From the NCBI GenBank assembly GCA_009103225.1, contig RHPI01000638.1, positions 558,001-622,000 of the forward strand: 64,000 bases of DNA. Direction: 5' to 3'. Below the pieces are notes generated by a model. It worked only from the letters and a program-made list of their open reading frames with translations. It searched no databases and was not told the DNA's origin. This DNA is from Chlorokybus atmophyticus (Eukaryota > Plantae > Mesostigma and Chlorokybus algae). Numbering within the stretch: position 1 is the stretch's first letter; each line of letters opens with the position of its first letter. A program made the position numbers and the translations under genes. Positions 32,365-45,888 of the stretch are shown here, one piece after another.

Positions 32365-35300
32365 CGTAGTTTATGAGAAAGGGGGTGACACCGGTGCTTG
32401 CATTGGTGTGGTGTTGGTGGCAACTGCCACCACTTTTAGCAATTCACTCTAATGGTCTTCCCGTGCATTCACGTAATTGCGCAACATATCTTCAATCACA
32501 AGTTGGCTCGCTCCGTTGGGCCAACAGCTTGCGGGTGGAAAGCCTTGCTAAAGTTTAAGGCAATACCCAGTGCACTATGCAGCACCTCTAAAAACCTACT
32601 TGCGAAGCGGGAATCACGATCGCTCACAATGCTTTATGGTAGTTCGTGGGAATGAAAGACATACTTCATACAAGCTTGCTGCCTCTAGTGCCGTGCAAAA
32701 CTCACAGCACGGTGCCAAGCGTACCATTCTGCTGAATTTGTCTACGAACATGAGTATTGCGTCGTACCCTTCTAGTGTCTTCGGCAGCCATATAATGAAG
32801 TCCATAGTAACTTGCTCCCACTTGGACAGTGGCACGGGAAGAGGTTGTAGCAACCCACCTGGCTTGTGGTTGCTTGCTTTCACCCTTTAACATGCGTTGC
32901 ACAACGCCACATAGTCGCATACATCACGATGCAGTTCTCGCCAATAAAAGCGTGGTTTCAAGCTTGCCAACGTTCTTGCCACTACTTGGTGGCCAGCAAT
33001 GGGTACGTCATGAGCTTTCCTTAAGTTGAACGCGTATATGTGTCACTTTGGGGATGTACAAGCGGCCGTGATGCCATAATAGGCCGTTTTGCTTTGTTCA
33101 ATGTCCACTTGTGTCCGTTGCTGTGCTCTCCATGTCCTGCAAGACTCTCCTACTTTCTGTGTCTTTGCAAAGCACTTGTCGAATCCGGTCGGCTTACTCC
33201 GGTTGCACTTGAGCGAGTGCTTCAATCGCATTCAATTGGCTTAGCGCGCCGGCCACACTATAAGACGTACTGGGCTTGTACTTGATCATACGATCATAAA
33301 GTTGAAAGAACTCCAACCACACCGCACTTGTCTCCGGCTTTGTGGTTGTGTCTGTGAGTACTTCAATGGGGAATGGTTTGTCTTCAGCACGAACCTTTTG
33401 CCCTCAAAAAAGCATCGCCATTGTCGCAGCGCCATCACTTGCGCCAATAGCTCCTTGTTGTGCACAGGGTAGTTCAGCTCTGCTTGACTCAGTTTGTTAT
33501 GAAAGAACGCTACAGGTTGAAGACCCATGCCTCGGTCTTGCTATAACGCAGTTCCCACAACTGTGTCGAATGCGTCACATCCCAAAATGAAGGGGTTTAT
33601 CCATGTCGGGGTGAGCCTAGACGGGTGCCTATGTCAACGCCTTCTTCAACGCATCAATTGCATGCTCTTTCTTTGTAGACCAACTCCAAGACTTCCCTTT
33701 CTTGAATAGGGTGGTCAAAGAGGCCGCAATGCGCGAAAATCCCATGATAATCTTGCGATAATACCCCGCAAGGCTCAAGAACGACATTACCTCCTTCACG
33801 TTGATCGGGGCAGACCATTCGCACACCACTTGCACTTTGTTGGGGTCCGGCTTCATCCCTTTCTGTGTAACAATTCAGCGCAAGTACTCCACCTCGCATA
33901 GCAGAAACGTGCACTTCTGTAGCTGAGCGTTCAACTTGTGCTCACGCAACCGTTGCGACACGCGCCATAGAAGGCTCACCTTCTCGTTTTTCGTCTTCAA
34001 GTACATCAAAAAGTCGTCAAAGTACACGAGGACTCCCTTACATAGCAAGTCAGCAAAAGCGATGTTTATCAACACTTAAAATATCGATGGCGTGTTCGTA
34101 AGCCCAAACAACATCACTAACCACTCGTTATATCCATAGCGCGTGTTGAACGATGTCTTCTTCACGTCCTTAGGTGCGATGCGGATCTGACGGTAACCTC
34201 CAGCAAGACCAACTGTGTAAAGTACTGCGCACCTTGTAGCTGATCTAGCAACTCGTTAATACGCGGTAGTGGAAAGCACTTCTTCTTAATAATGGTGTCA
34301 AGCGCTCGGTAGTCAATGCACATACGCAGGCTCCCGTTCTTCTTCCGCAAAAACAGTATTGGTGCATCGTAAGGTGAATTACTTGACCGGATGTAACCTC
34401 GCTTTAGAAGATCCGCTATCTGCTTCTCGGCCTCCTCTAACTCCCCAGGTGACAACTTTTATACAGGCGTGTAGGGTGGCTTGTGTGCACGCCCTCAATC
34501 CACACGGTGATCAACGCTCCACGAGGGTGGTAGACCAGCTAGAAGTCCGTCCACCGTGATATCTTGGTAGTCCTGAACAAGTTTGCACACCTTGGGGTCC
34601 ATTGTGGCTGTCTCAGTGCAGTCACTCAGCTTCGGTGCTGACTTTGATGTGCTCTGATGCACCACGCACAACCATGCAGCTTTAGCTTTTTGTGGGGATA
34701 GCAGCCTCCTCAATTGCACATAAAAAACTTGAGCAATGCTAATCCCACCTAACTGCGTGTGCCGTGCCTTTCCGCTGCTTGTATCCCCTTGCAGGTGCTT
34801 CACACACGTGCGCATACTTACCCCGAAGTCCAACGCAGCTATGACAAAGCCCTTTTTGCTTTCCTCGCAAGAGTGGTCTTCCACTTCGATGGAGCACGCG
34901 CGTAGACCTTAAAATGGACTCTCCATTGTTTCCCTTGATGGTGAGCACACGCTTCCTCCAATTGATAGATGGGTTATGTTGCCACAGCCACGGTCGTCCA
35001 AAAATTCCATCAAACCCGTTCCGTAAGGTGATGCAGCAAAAACGCATATTCACCTTCAACTTCCCCATGTGAACACACAACTCTTTGGTTAAAGATGCAG
35101 CACCGTTACCTTCCAAGGGTGGTTTCCTATCAGCGAGTTTCACTACTCCTCCCATAATCGTGAAAGCCAACCGTAGCGCCGTGCAGCCTCCTCACTTATG
35201 AAGTTGCTGTTTGCTCCACTATCAACCATAACGTTACACTCCCTCCATTGTCCTCGGTCATTGCAAATGCGTGCTGAGCGCCCAATGTACTTTGTTGCAT

Positions 35301-37222
35301 CCTCGCTTGCATAACTTACCACCATGGGCGTGTTTATACCCATCTCCACTTTCTTCCATGGTTGCGATGTCACGATCTTTATTTGTGTATAAGGCTCCCC
35401 CTCATCCCCAGCAGTAGCCTCCTTAGCTACAGGGGGAAGTCGGTGCCTTGATCCTCCATGCCAACTTTTTCAATTGCGTTGATGTCGTGCGCGATATGTG
35501 TTGCCAGCTGATGCAGATGTTTGCATGCGCCCCTTTGAGCAGTTCAACGCCAAATGTTCAGTCGAACCGCACACATAACACTTGCGCACGCTGCTACCTG
35601 CCTCACCACGTCCACCGTGCTTCGCCACGCCGTTACGCGTGTGTACGGCACCCACCTCCATTGGTGAAGGTTAAAAATCAGCTCCACCTTCCTTTGCAAG
35701 TTGTGAACTTGGTTTCCTTCGTGTCCATGCATGTTGAAAGCTTCCCCTGAGCTGATCACCACGCTCTTGCTTGCTTCCACGCCTGCAGTCAGCGTTTGTT
35801 GCAGACACTTGAAGTACAACGCGTCGAGACGCTTCACGATGCGTATAGCTTTCGCCAAAGTTTTAGGGTCCCGTAGCTCCACTTCTTTGCGTCTCAAAGG
35901 TTTCAAACCACGTGTGTACATGTCCATCTGCTCTCCCTTAGTCATGTTGGGTGTGGACATCATCAAACGTTAAAACATAGCCATGTACGCCGTCACCGGA
36001 CCCGTTTGCACAAGGGCTGCAATTTTATCACGTGCGGCCTTTACACTCTCCATGGAAACAAACTGATGCCTGATCTCCAAAGCCAACTCTTCCATGGTGG
36101 TCGATGGTAGCGCCAACCCACTTGCAACACGCGTACAACAATGTCTCCACCATACAAGTGCTGCACCTTCAAGCAATGTCGCTTCAACCTTCACCTGCAG
36201 ATGCGTGGGCACCTCCGTTAGCTTCAACCAAGACAGATACTTGAAAAATCCACTCATCTTCATCATAATGACCCTTGAATGGCTTGGGTTTGGGCACCTT
36301 CACATGCACGCGCGAGCTTGATGCCATGGGAACTTGTGCACGCGCCATCGCATGCTCATACGCCTCGCGTTGTGCTTGTGCCGCCGTTTGAGTGTGATGA
36401 AGCTCTTCCCTCAATGCTAAGATGGCAGCTTGAAGCTCTTCCATACGAGCATCCTTCATCTCCACTAACACTATACACTCTGCTTTCAAATCAAAAGTGC
36501 AAATGCCCACACACTTCCTCTCTCACCTTCGTAAACCGTGCTCCGATACCAGTTGTGACGGTGCTTGTGCCTTGTCACCTATGAGTTGGTGCAATCAATA
36601 ACCCTCTCACCAAGACACGGTATTCACACCGGAACCTTGCCCCCTCTGCCAAGTACACACGCGCGCCCAGCCACTTGCGTTCGCACGCGCATGCGCGAAG
36701 CTACACACCGACTTGTGTAGCGCCTTGGATCGTTTCACAAGCGAGCACCCACCAGTGGACACACGCTAGCAACCCCTGCTAACCACCACCAAGCTTGCAC
36801 ACCAGAAACTAGGGAGCTAAAGGTCGTATTGCACATTGTGTGATGTCGCTTTTATACCTACCAGTCTGCACAACCTACATTTTAAACGATTCCCGTGCTA
36901 CACATATATAGATGCTAAGATGTTAATGCAAAATCTTGTAGTATACTCCTGGAACTTTCTTACGCACCATAGATATTCTGATTAGGTGCTTATATGGTTA
37001 AGTTATGCTACTTGGCGCCAGGCCCTTTCAGAGATCTAGGCGAGCCCTTTTCGACTAGCCCTCCGTTCTTTTGGCACCTTCCGGACTGGTCCAGGGGCCC
37101 CGATCGATATCCGTGGCAGACTCATAAGTCGCCGATATCTGCCACAAGTTGTGAAAACATGGTGCTCGATAAATGGGCCAAAAATGGTCACAAAATCATG
37201 AAACTTGGCCTCGATTATTACA
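32365..37222 (-). mobile_element. Ty3/gypsy element, 3'-truncated and degenerate
   Basis: 5' LTR 37222-36554, PBS TGGTATCGGAGC 36551-36540, gag with CYVCGSTEHLALNC, protease VDSGANSNF, RT LRMCIDYRAL and YFDD, RNase H, integrase GLLQPLP..VTMDF; order PR-RT-RH-IN. Confidence 0.93.
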
Positions 37223-37687
37223 CCCACTATGCTCTCTGGCAGGAACAACGGAGCAGCAACATTGAGGAGGGTTGGTTGTTGCCTGCCTGCAAAATGCCGC
37301 CATTGGTCTGCTGGCGACTGGTTTGTTTCAATCTGTGTTTATGTCTCATACACGCTCACTAACATATGTGTATGCATGAGTAAAAGCACACCGCACATGT
37401 AATCAGCTTGGCATGCACCTACCAAGTCATGGTGCATGTGTGTGAGCGTGCTTACTGATTTGCTGCTTCTTCTTTGAATGCGTGCGCAGCCACGCACATG
37501 CACAATGTGTGTGTCTACACACTGAGTGCACCCTTCTGCTCTTCCCACTTGCAGGCTCTTCAATCACGGATGTTCATCCCCTGTGAAGTTCAACAGCCCT
37601 TAGACAGTCCTGCACTGTTTAATAGGCGCCCTTTTATTTCAAAACCCATTTTGTCCTGACATGCGCGCTCTCCGCCCCCCCCCCCAC

Positions 37688-38606
37688 TGCACTATGCAGC
37701 ACCTCTAAAAACCTACTTGCGAAGCGGGAATCACGATCGCTCACAATGCTTTATGGTAGTTCGTGGGAATGAAAGACATACTTCATACAAGCTTGCTGCC
37801 TCTAGTGCCGTGCAAAACTCACAGCACGGTGCCAAGCGTACCATTCTGCTGAATTTGTCTACGAACATGAGTATTGCGTCGTACCCTTCTAGTGTCTTCG
37901 GCAGCCATATAATGAAGTCCATAGTAACTTGCTCCCACTTGGACAGTGGCACGGGAAGAGGTTGTAGCAACCCACCTGGCTTGTGGTTGCTTGCTTTCAC
38001 CCTTTAACATGCGTTGCACAACGCCACATAGTCGCATACATCACGATGCAGTTCTCGCCAATAAAAGCGTGGTTTCAAGCTTGCCAACGTTCTTGCCACT
38101 ACTTGGTGGCCAGCAATGGGTACGTCATGAGCTTTCCTTAAGTTGAACGCGTATATGTGTCACTTTGGGGATGTACAAGCGGCCGTGATGCCATAATAGG
38201 CCGTTTTGCTTTGTTCAATGTCCACTTGTGTCCGTTGCTGTGCTCTCCATGTCCTGCAAGACTCTCCTACTTTCTGTGTCTTTGCAAAGCACTTGTCGAA
38301 TCCGGTCGGCTTACTCCGGTTGCACTTGAGCGAGTGCTTCAATCGCATTCAATTGGCTTAGCGCGCCGGCCACACTATAAGACGTACTGGGCTTGTACTT
38401 GATCATACGATCATAAAGTTGAAAGAACTCCAACCACACCGCACTTGTCTCCGGCTTTGTGGTTGTGTCTGTGAGTACTTCAATGGGGAATGGTTTGTCT
38501 TCAGCACGAACCTTTTGCCCTCAAAAAAGCATCGCCATTGTCGCAGCGCCATCACTTGCGCCAATAGCTCCTTGTTGTGCACAGGGTAGTTCAGCTCTGC
38601 TTGACT
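37688..38606 (-). repeat. 919-bp direct duplicate of gypsy RH-integrase segment 32571-33489
   Basis: Identical ORF translations at offset 5117; bounded by a C-run on the left and an N at 38607. Confidence 0.9.
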
Positions 38607-38642
38607 NAAAGGTTGATCGAGGTTGTCAACAGGGTTGTTAAT

Positions 38643-39710
38643 GACAGCCCTATTGACAGCCTCGACTGTTGAGTCTTAACAGTTGGATTAAACTGTCAAC
38701 TTACCAACCAACATGCGCGCTCAGGCTCTGCACGTGAATGGGTAAATGTACAAGCGGTGCATGTCTTGCAACCATTATTTGTATGTGTCAACAAGCAAGT
38801 GCATACCTGCACTCACAATCTTGCATGCGTGCACGTGTGCGCGCGCACACAGTAGGGTTGGCTACTTGCATTGCAACCCACCCAACTCTGATGCCAGCTG
38901 CCTCTATGTTTGTTGCAGGATCTCAAGCCTTGTCTGACAACCCTTAATTGCTGAGCGGGCAAGTTCTGAATTGTCTTTTTAACAATTGAGGGCTATTCGA
39001 CAGATCAGGACTGTCGACAATCGCCGTCAGTCCCACCATCAAGCAAGGTGCGTGCAAGGCTTGGATCGCATGCATAGCCATTAATGAAAGCGCACGAACT
39101 AACACATATAGTGCCATATATACCAGTTGCGCATACAGTCACACTCACACACCCACATATGCGTGCGCACGCGCATGTACGCAGCGCATGAGGAACAGTC
39201 CAAGCGATCCTCGCGGCGAGAACGCATGCGTGCGTTTACATGTTACTGGCGGTTGTGACAAGCACAGGCGTGCACGCAATCACCTGCAAGCTTGTGCGCA
39301 TGCACACTGACATGCACAGACTCGCACACACGTGCACGCGCACACTCACGCTCATGCGCACAAGTGCAGGCTCTGCCAACCAGCTAATTTAGCTGGAAGT
39401 TGTGGGAGCACTTGAGGGCAAGTTCTCCCAGGAGCCTTGATGGCACGAACCCTCCATCAAACACTCACATGCCAACTTGTTGTACTTTTTGCGGGAGACG
39501 CTGGCCATGGAAAGCCTGAGGTGTGGCTGGAAAAGCTGCAGGTGGTGCACAACACGTGAGTCACACTGATCGTATGTATCAGCACAGTATGTGATGCACA
39601 ACATATTGGCAGCCCTTCCCGCGATAGTCTCAAAGTCTTCACAACGCTTCTTACAGCCTCAACTGTTGGCTATAGATAGCCAACAGTTGAGGACTGTCAA
39701 TAGGGCTGTC
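38643..39710. mobile_element. Inverted-repeat-bracketed segment containing intron/exon-like sequence
   Basis: 38643-38671 is approximately the reverse complement of 39681-39710; perfect 17-bp hairpin at 39657-39692; internal GT..AG introns with CA-rich tracts. Confidence 0.45.
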
Positions 39711-39720
39711 GACGAAAGGT

Positions 39721-40274
39721 TGTTGAAGGTTAAGCATATGAAGTTTGCTAATTTTGTATGCTTATAACGCAGTCAGCTTGTTGATGGTACTTAGCTTATG
39801 TGCGATGGTTATGCTATGAGAGTTATAGTCAATAAAAGTTATGGGAGCTATGGGAGTTACGACAGTTATGGTCAACTTTAACTTTAACCGTTGACTAATG
39901 TTGACTAATGTTGACTTTAACCGTTGACTTTTCCTAGAGTTGACTAGTTGTTTTTAGTGTTGACGAGCTTAGTATATAAGTCACTATGTGTGGCGCATAC
40001 AAGTGGAACTGCAATACAGTTCTCTTTGTTGTTGACATGCTTGTATGTTACACTTGCGCCACATACACTGCCTTATATACCAAGCTAGTCAACACTAGAA
40101 ATAACTAGTCAACTCTCATTTAAGTTAACACTAGTCAACAGTTAAAGTCAAAGTGAACCATAACTGTCGTAACTCCCATAGCATAACCGCCGCGCATGGT
40201 CTAAATAACATCAACAAGCTAACTGTACCATAAGCATACCATACTAGCAAACCCTATATGCTGAACTTGCAACA
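39721..40274. mobile_element. Fold-back of two partial family B LTRs joined in inverted orientation
   Basis: 39721-~40056 is a B LTR 5' part on the plus strand; ~40057-40274 is a B LTR 5' part on the minus strand; ends are TGTTG...CAACA. Confidence 0.85.
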
Positions 40275-41389
40275 GGAAGGTAAATAAGGAGGACGACGGT
40301 CACACGGCTTGACGTTTAAGGACCATGAATGGTCCTTCTATAGACCCCGCGGGCCATACATGTATATGGTCCATGCTCCCGAGGACCACGAGTGCCTGGT
40401 CTCTGGGGGACGGACCGTTCATGGTCCTTTCAGGGCCCAAATACCTGGCGCGCAATCGTGCACCATGCACGGTCCGCGGTCGGACCAGGCATATTTCGGC
40501 TGTTGACCATGTTTGATGACGCAGTAACTATAGCGTGTAATCAATTATCATGAAATAGTAGAGTGGATCAGTTGGAACGAGGGTGAGTAGTGGCGGCATG
40601 TCTTTGGGGTATGGGGCCTGTCCCGACCTCGTACCGCCAAAAACGCGGCCATTTTAACCACTAGCTGTGCTGCAATTGCACCGAATCCCTAGCCAATTTG
40701 GGTCGCCGTTGGCAAGCAGTTGCCGCCGAGATAGTTTTCTGCATCTTTTGTGCATCTCTGCAATGATTGGCCAGTTCGCTGCCTTTTTCAGCAACGGCTG
40801 TTGTCACCGTTGTCATCCCATTTAATCAAATTAATGCGTGATCAAATGGTGGCCTAACAATACAATTTTTCGTTTAGTTGAACCTTAACGTTAAGGTAAT
40901 TTTGGTTAACATTATTGTGATGATGGTAACCTTGGCATTACTAACTGAACATCTGAGCACCTACCGTGGCGTGAACGTTACGTTGGATTGAGTTTTGTAA
41001 CACTTATCTGCAGTTTTGTAACACTTAACTGCAGGTTGCTAGCCAGAGTGCACCATATTGCAGCATATCTATCAATATTATTACTGTATTATTACTGTAA
41101 CACATTAAAGTGATCAACATGCAGCCATAAGCGGCCACGTATGCAGAACTTTGCTTAATTTTACATTTATTGGCATGCGTTTAAACGATCGGATTTGCTT
41201 TGGACGGCCACGATCTTTTTCAGGCAGATCTAACGGTGTAACGCTTGTTCTCGCCGCCTAGCCAATGAGAAGCAGGCGGGCCGCACATACTGCCGCGCAG
41301 CCCGGCAGTCGCGGGTGCCGAGTGATGGCCCTAGCGCGGGATGTGTGATGTAGGTTGAATGCCGACAGGCCAACCGGCCCGACCCATAG

Positions 41390-41539
41390 GCGTGCTGGGC
41401 GTAATGAATCTGCGCTTATAGCATATATATGCTCTTAACGTTCAAGAGCATATTATGCCCTTAGTCGCCAATAGCATAACCCTGCCAAGAGCATACGATT
41501 TTTGAGGATAACAGTATGCTCTTACAAGAGGGTAGATTA
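41390..41539 (-). mobile_element. Partial pogo/Tc1-type MITE end
   Basis: Inverted homolog of 42056-42190 with AAGAGCATA repeats, ending GAGGGTAGATTA. Confidence 0.55.
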
Positions 41540-41541
41540 TA

Positions 41542-42005
41542 TAGTCTACCCCCGTAAAAAGACTTTGGTTTAAGAGAATAACCCCGTTGAGATCATAGAT
41601 TTGCAAAAGACCAATGGTTTTACAGGCAAATATCATCGGTTAGTGGAATAGTTTGTACGCAATAAGACTACAACGGGGGGTTGAAATTTTGAGTGAGCTC
41701 AGCCTTAATACGGGGGAATACCTCGATAATGGCATGCTTATTCTAATGGTATAAGCATAAACATGTTACGAGACTCATATATATTTACGTACATAATCAA
41801 TTATTTGTTAAATATTATCAATTTAATTTATGCTACGTTAAAATATGATAACGTGGCTTACGGTTATTTTGCAATACCTTTGTTAGTAGAATATATATTA
41901 TGTAAAGAATAAGAGAGTATATATTATTAAAAACGCCAAGAGAATAACCCCGTTAATGGAATGAAACTGAAGGATACACGTGATTTTAATAGCGGAGGTT
42001 GACTG
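41542..42005. mobile_element. pogo/Tc1-mariner-type MITE (464 bp)
   Basis: TA-(C>T)AGTCTACCCCCG...CGGAGGTTGACTG-TA; inverted homolog of 43124-43589. Confidence 0.85.
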
Positions 42006-42055
42006 TACAGTTAAGGTACATAGTTGTACCTAATTACATTAAAACATTTAGTGTA

Positions 42056-42518
42056 CAGTCTACCCCCCTTAAGAGCATACGATTTGTCTTCAAAGATAGT
42101 TTGCTCCTAGCGGTTATGCTCTTAGCAACAAAGAGCATAATATGCTCTTAAACATCAAGAGCATCTGTATGCTATAAAGCAGTTTAATACGCCCATCACG
42201 CCATTACGTCACGCCCATTACGTCACGTCTATTATGCCATCACGCTCATTACGCTGATTACGCATTGCACTGTACCCATCACGCCTTGTCCATCACACTC
42301 ATTACGCCTTATGACAAACCCATCACGCACTACTCTTTCGATGTTTGGAATATGCACACTTACATTTGCAGAAATGTCATGGAAAATAATATGCTCTTTG
42401 CGATTAGTCATTTTCTCTTAAGCAGTAACATGTACCTGTAAAACATTGGTGATCCCAAAACGTAGGCTACAAGCGGGGTTATTCTCTTAGAGCGAAGTCT
42501 TTTAGCGGGGGTGGACTG
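42056..42518. mobile_element. pogo/Tc1-mariner-type MITE (463 bp) with internal CCAT(C/T)ACGC repeats
   Basis: TA-CAGTCTACCCCC...GGGGGTGGACTG-TA; right end homologous to that of 43124-43589. Confidence 0.85.
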
Positions 42519-43123
42519 TACAACGCACACATGCATATGTGCAACGTGCATGTTGTGCTCAAAATGAATGGATTCTTTCATTTATTTGCATACTTTGTGC
42601 AATTGCACAATATGGGGATGTGCTTTGGAAGGTTGAGATTTGTTTTACAAAAATAGGACGGGCCGATAGCTGATGAAGGTTGCATAGCCAATGAGAAGCA
42701 GGCGGGCTGCTCGGTATGCGCGGCACGCAAGTAGTCTCGGGTGCCGTATGTGATGGTCAGTGCGCTGTGTGCCCTAATGCCGGCCTCCCGGCCGGCATTA
42801 GCTAATGATTGCCGCCTAGCCAATGAGAGGCAGGCGGGTGCGCGTGTGATGTGTCTTGTGCCCTAATACCGGCCGGCCGGCCGGCCCAATCACACGCCCA
42901 ATCAGCCGCACCGCTAGTTTTGGTCCAATATGCCGCGCGAGTCCGGACCATGCATGGACCGCGTCGGACCAAGTACAGTCTCTAGTTCGACTGCCAACTT
43001 TCATATGACCGAAAAATGGTCTGTCAATGGCTGCACGCACCCCAGTGCGGATGTCCACAATTATACGTACCATGCACGGTGCGGTGCGCGGAGAACGCAT
43101 TAGACATGGTTCGTATACATGTA

Positions 43124-43589
43124 CAGTCTACCCCCGTTATAAGAATCACGTTTATCTTTCAGCTTTTCATTCCACTAACGGGGTTATTCTCTTGGCGCTT
43201 ATAAGATTATATATTCTTTTATTGTTTAAAGAATATATATTCTGTTAATGGGGGTATCGACCGATAACCTCAGGCCACGTCATCATTTACTGACGTGGCA
43301 AAATTCACATTCATATTTCCTCTATAAACCATACAATATAATATGAACTTAATGATTTAATCTATAGAATTATTTTAATATCAATAAGATTATCATGCTA
43401 TTAACAAGGTATTCCCCCGTTACAAGTCTGAGCCCACTTAGATTTTCAAGCCTTCTCTTTAGTCTTATTACGTACAAGACTATTCCACTAACCGAAGATA
43501 TTTGCCTGTAAAACCATTGGTCTTATTATAATCCATGATTTTATCGGGGTTATTCCCTTAAAGCGAAGTCTTTTAACAGGGGTAGACTG
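43124..43589. mobile_element. pogo/Tc1-mariner-type MITE (466 bp)
   Basis: TA-CAGTCTACCCCCG...CAGGGGTAGACTG-TA. Confidence 0.9.
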
Positions 43590-43929
43590 TAGTAGGGTTC
43601 ATGCGTACGCCTCGCGCACAAGCAGAGCTTCACAGAGTTGGACTGTCGTTGCTCTCGGTGCTGGAGCGGTGGAAGAGGAGGCGGCGGCGAGTGGTGTTGT
43701 TGCTAGTCGAGCAGCTGAGTTTAATGTGGCTTTGCTAAATTTAATTGTAGGACTGGTGCCCGATTGCATCACCTTTCGTGGTTTTTGTGCACGCACAAGC
43801 CAGTACACTGATGCTGCTGCTTGAGCGGCTTCTGCCGTTGTAGTCGTTTGCTTGTTGCTTGTGATCGTTGTTGCAAAGACTGCGCATAAGTTTGCCTGCT
43901 TCGACTTGCTGTTAGCCGCTGCAGCAGTA

Positions 43930-44440
43930 GCGACAGCCGCTGCTGTCAGCAACTATTGTTGTCGTTTGTTAACTTTATGGAATTTTTGAATTTGATTGTT
44001 GATGTTGAGCAGCTTGACCATACGGGTGTAAGTGCGCAGAGGATCCTCCCCTGCTTTGCTTAAAGTGACGCAACTCCTCCACCTTCTGACTGGTCTGTGG
44101 TGGGAATGTGCGCCGAAGCGCAGATAGATACAAGTCTTGCAAGGGTGACAATGTACGGTCCACCCTGACGGTGAGGGCGGGTTCTCGCATGCTGACCGAG
44201 CCTGAAGACAGTGTCCTGCCTGCAACCGTGTCTCATGTTCCCTGGGTCCTTTTCCGGAATGGAGTATCAGGTACGGCGACGTGTTGTCGTGCTTGTGCTT
44301 CCTCAAGCGCAGTTTGTTGCTCCGCCATAAGCCCGATCGCCAAAACTTGCACCTGAGACCGGCGTGCTTGTTGCGCCGCCATCTTGCGGTCGACCAATGC
44401 AGGATCAACTGCTGGTATATCTGCTTCAGCTGTCAACTGC
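43930..44440 (-). pseudogene. Possible retrotransposon gag remnant
   Basis: Across a frameshift reads KVEELRHFKQ..GEDPLRTYTRMVKL, resembling the retrotransposon gag LxxFxQxxGExxxxYxxR motif. Confidence 0.35.
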
Positions 44441-45888
44441 GCTGCGGCGAAAGCTTCCGTAAGAGTAGGGCCTTACAGTGGGGCAGCTGGAACAATGGGC
44501 GTGGCAGGGACGCCAGGAGTTGATGCTTCCATGGGCAGAGCTCCGGTGCCGGCCAGGACTCCGTACCCTCCAATTTCATGCTGTGCAGCAACTGACCTAT
44601 ACACCTCATGTGCCTCGTGATCTAAGCAAGTTGCAGCTACGAAAAGACATTACATCTGACCAGTTGGGAGTGTGATCGCATGGTAGCTCATCATGAAGTC
44701 GGACTTAATGATCCATTGGTCCAGTGGTGTTGTGCCTGGACGTCCGGAGAAGATGAGACCATGAGTGGAACCGGATGCCTCCATGTCGTCGCTATCGAGC
44801 TGATCGATAAAGCTTTCAACCAGATGACGAGACTGAGTATGTCTGAAACAGGGTACTGGTGAAGACCAGGGGCTGTCGCTATTGTCGCCGCCCTCTTCTT
44901 CGCCGCATCGTCCGTGAGATAGGTTCGAGCCCAACCAACTGTCGAAATCGCTGGTGGTCTCCTCGGCCGCAGGGGAATGCCCGTTGGGATGAGTGGACTC
45001 TCTGACTGGTGTAGACTCACTTATGCAAGTTGCACGGTGAGCGCCGGAGAGAGCGAGGCAGAGTATGTGTGCTCTACTGGTGCTCCCCCAATGCTACCAC
45101 CCAACACACTAGTGCTTGTGAATGCACTATGTGTTGGAAATGATAACACAACACTAATGCAACCATCGCCACTGCAAGAATGCAAGCCACGCTGATGCAC
45201 GACACTCACTTATACAAGGAGGATGACACTGTAAGTCAACAAGCCACTACTAGAGGTAGTGCTGCTTATACAGTTGCTTGCAAGAGGTCAAGATAATTCC
45301 ACTGTTAAGTGAGGTGTCTGAATGCGGCAACACGTGCATATCACACTCTGATACGGACTACATAACGTGCACCCCCGTAACCACAATCACATCAAGTGAC
45401 AAGCAATGCACGTGTGCATACACTGCATTCTCTCATGTGTATACGTGTCTTGGCAAACGGGGCGGCAAGGTGATGCAGTCACATCAAGCCACAACCTTCA
45501 GATAGCAAGTCCCGAGCACTCCAAAGATCAACATTCGTACTTCTTAATTTCAAGTCTTGCAGTTCTCACTTACAGTGTCATCAACATACAGAGACTAAGT
45601 CTTTATAGTCAAGTGACAACTGTTCAGTTATAAGATAACGGCTAGTTTATGAAATGACCTAAATCAAGCCTAATTCAAACTCGCAATGGATCAGCTATTA
45701 CGGCTGGTACTAGGTACCTACGAAGACTGACTGACAACTGCTCTGTGTCGCGCGGGACTCATGCCAGTAGTTGGGGTCAATGTCTGGCTGAAGGCATGGC
45801 TGATAAAAAGGGTTACTGATGCTTGTAGCACGGGAACGATGCCCGGCTGTAGGCATCAATGAGGAAGTTGGCCCCTCCTGGATCACTG

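Larger units (their letters stand above)
41253..42838 (+). promoter_or_regulatory. Three copies of a CCAAT-box plus GC-box module
   Basis: TAGCCAATGAGA(A/G)GCAGGCGGG at 41253-41280, 42685-42706 and 42811-42838; function not shown. Confidence 0.4.

Noticed and set aside
40915-40960. C/D-box snoRNA (GTGATGA ... CTGA)
   Set aside because: The boxes are only ~40 nt apart and there is no convincing terminal stem.
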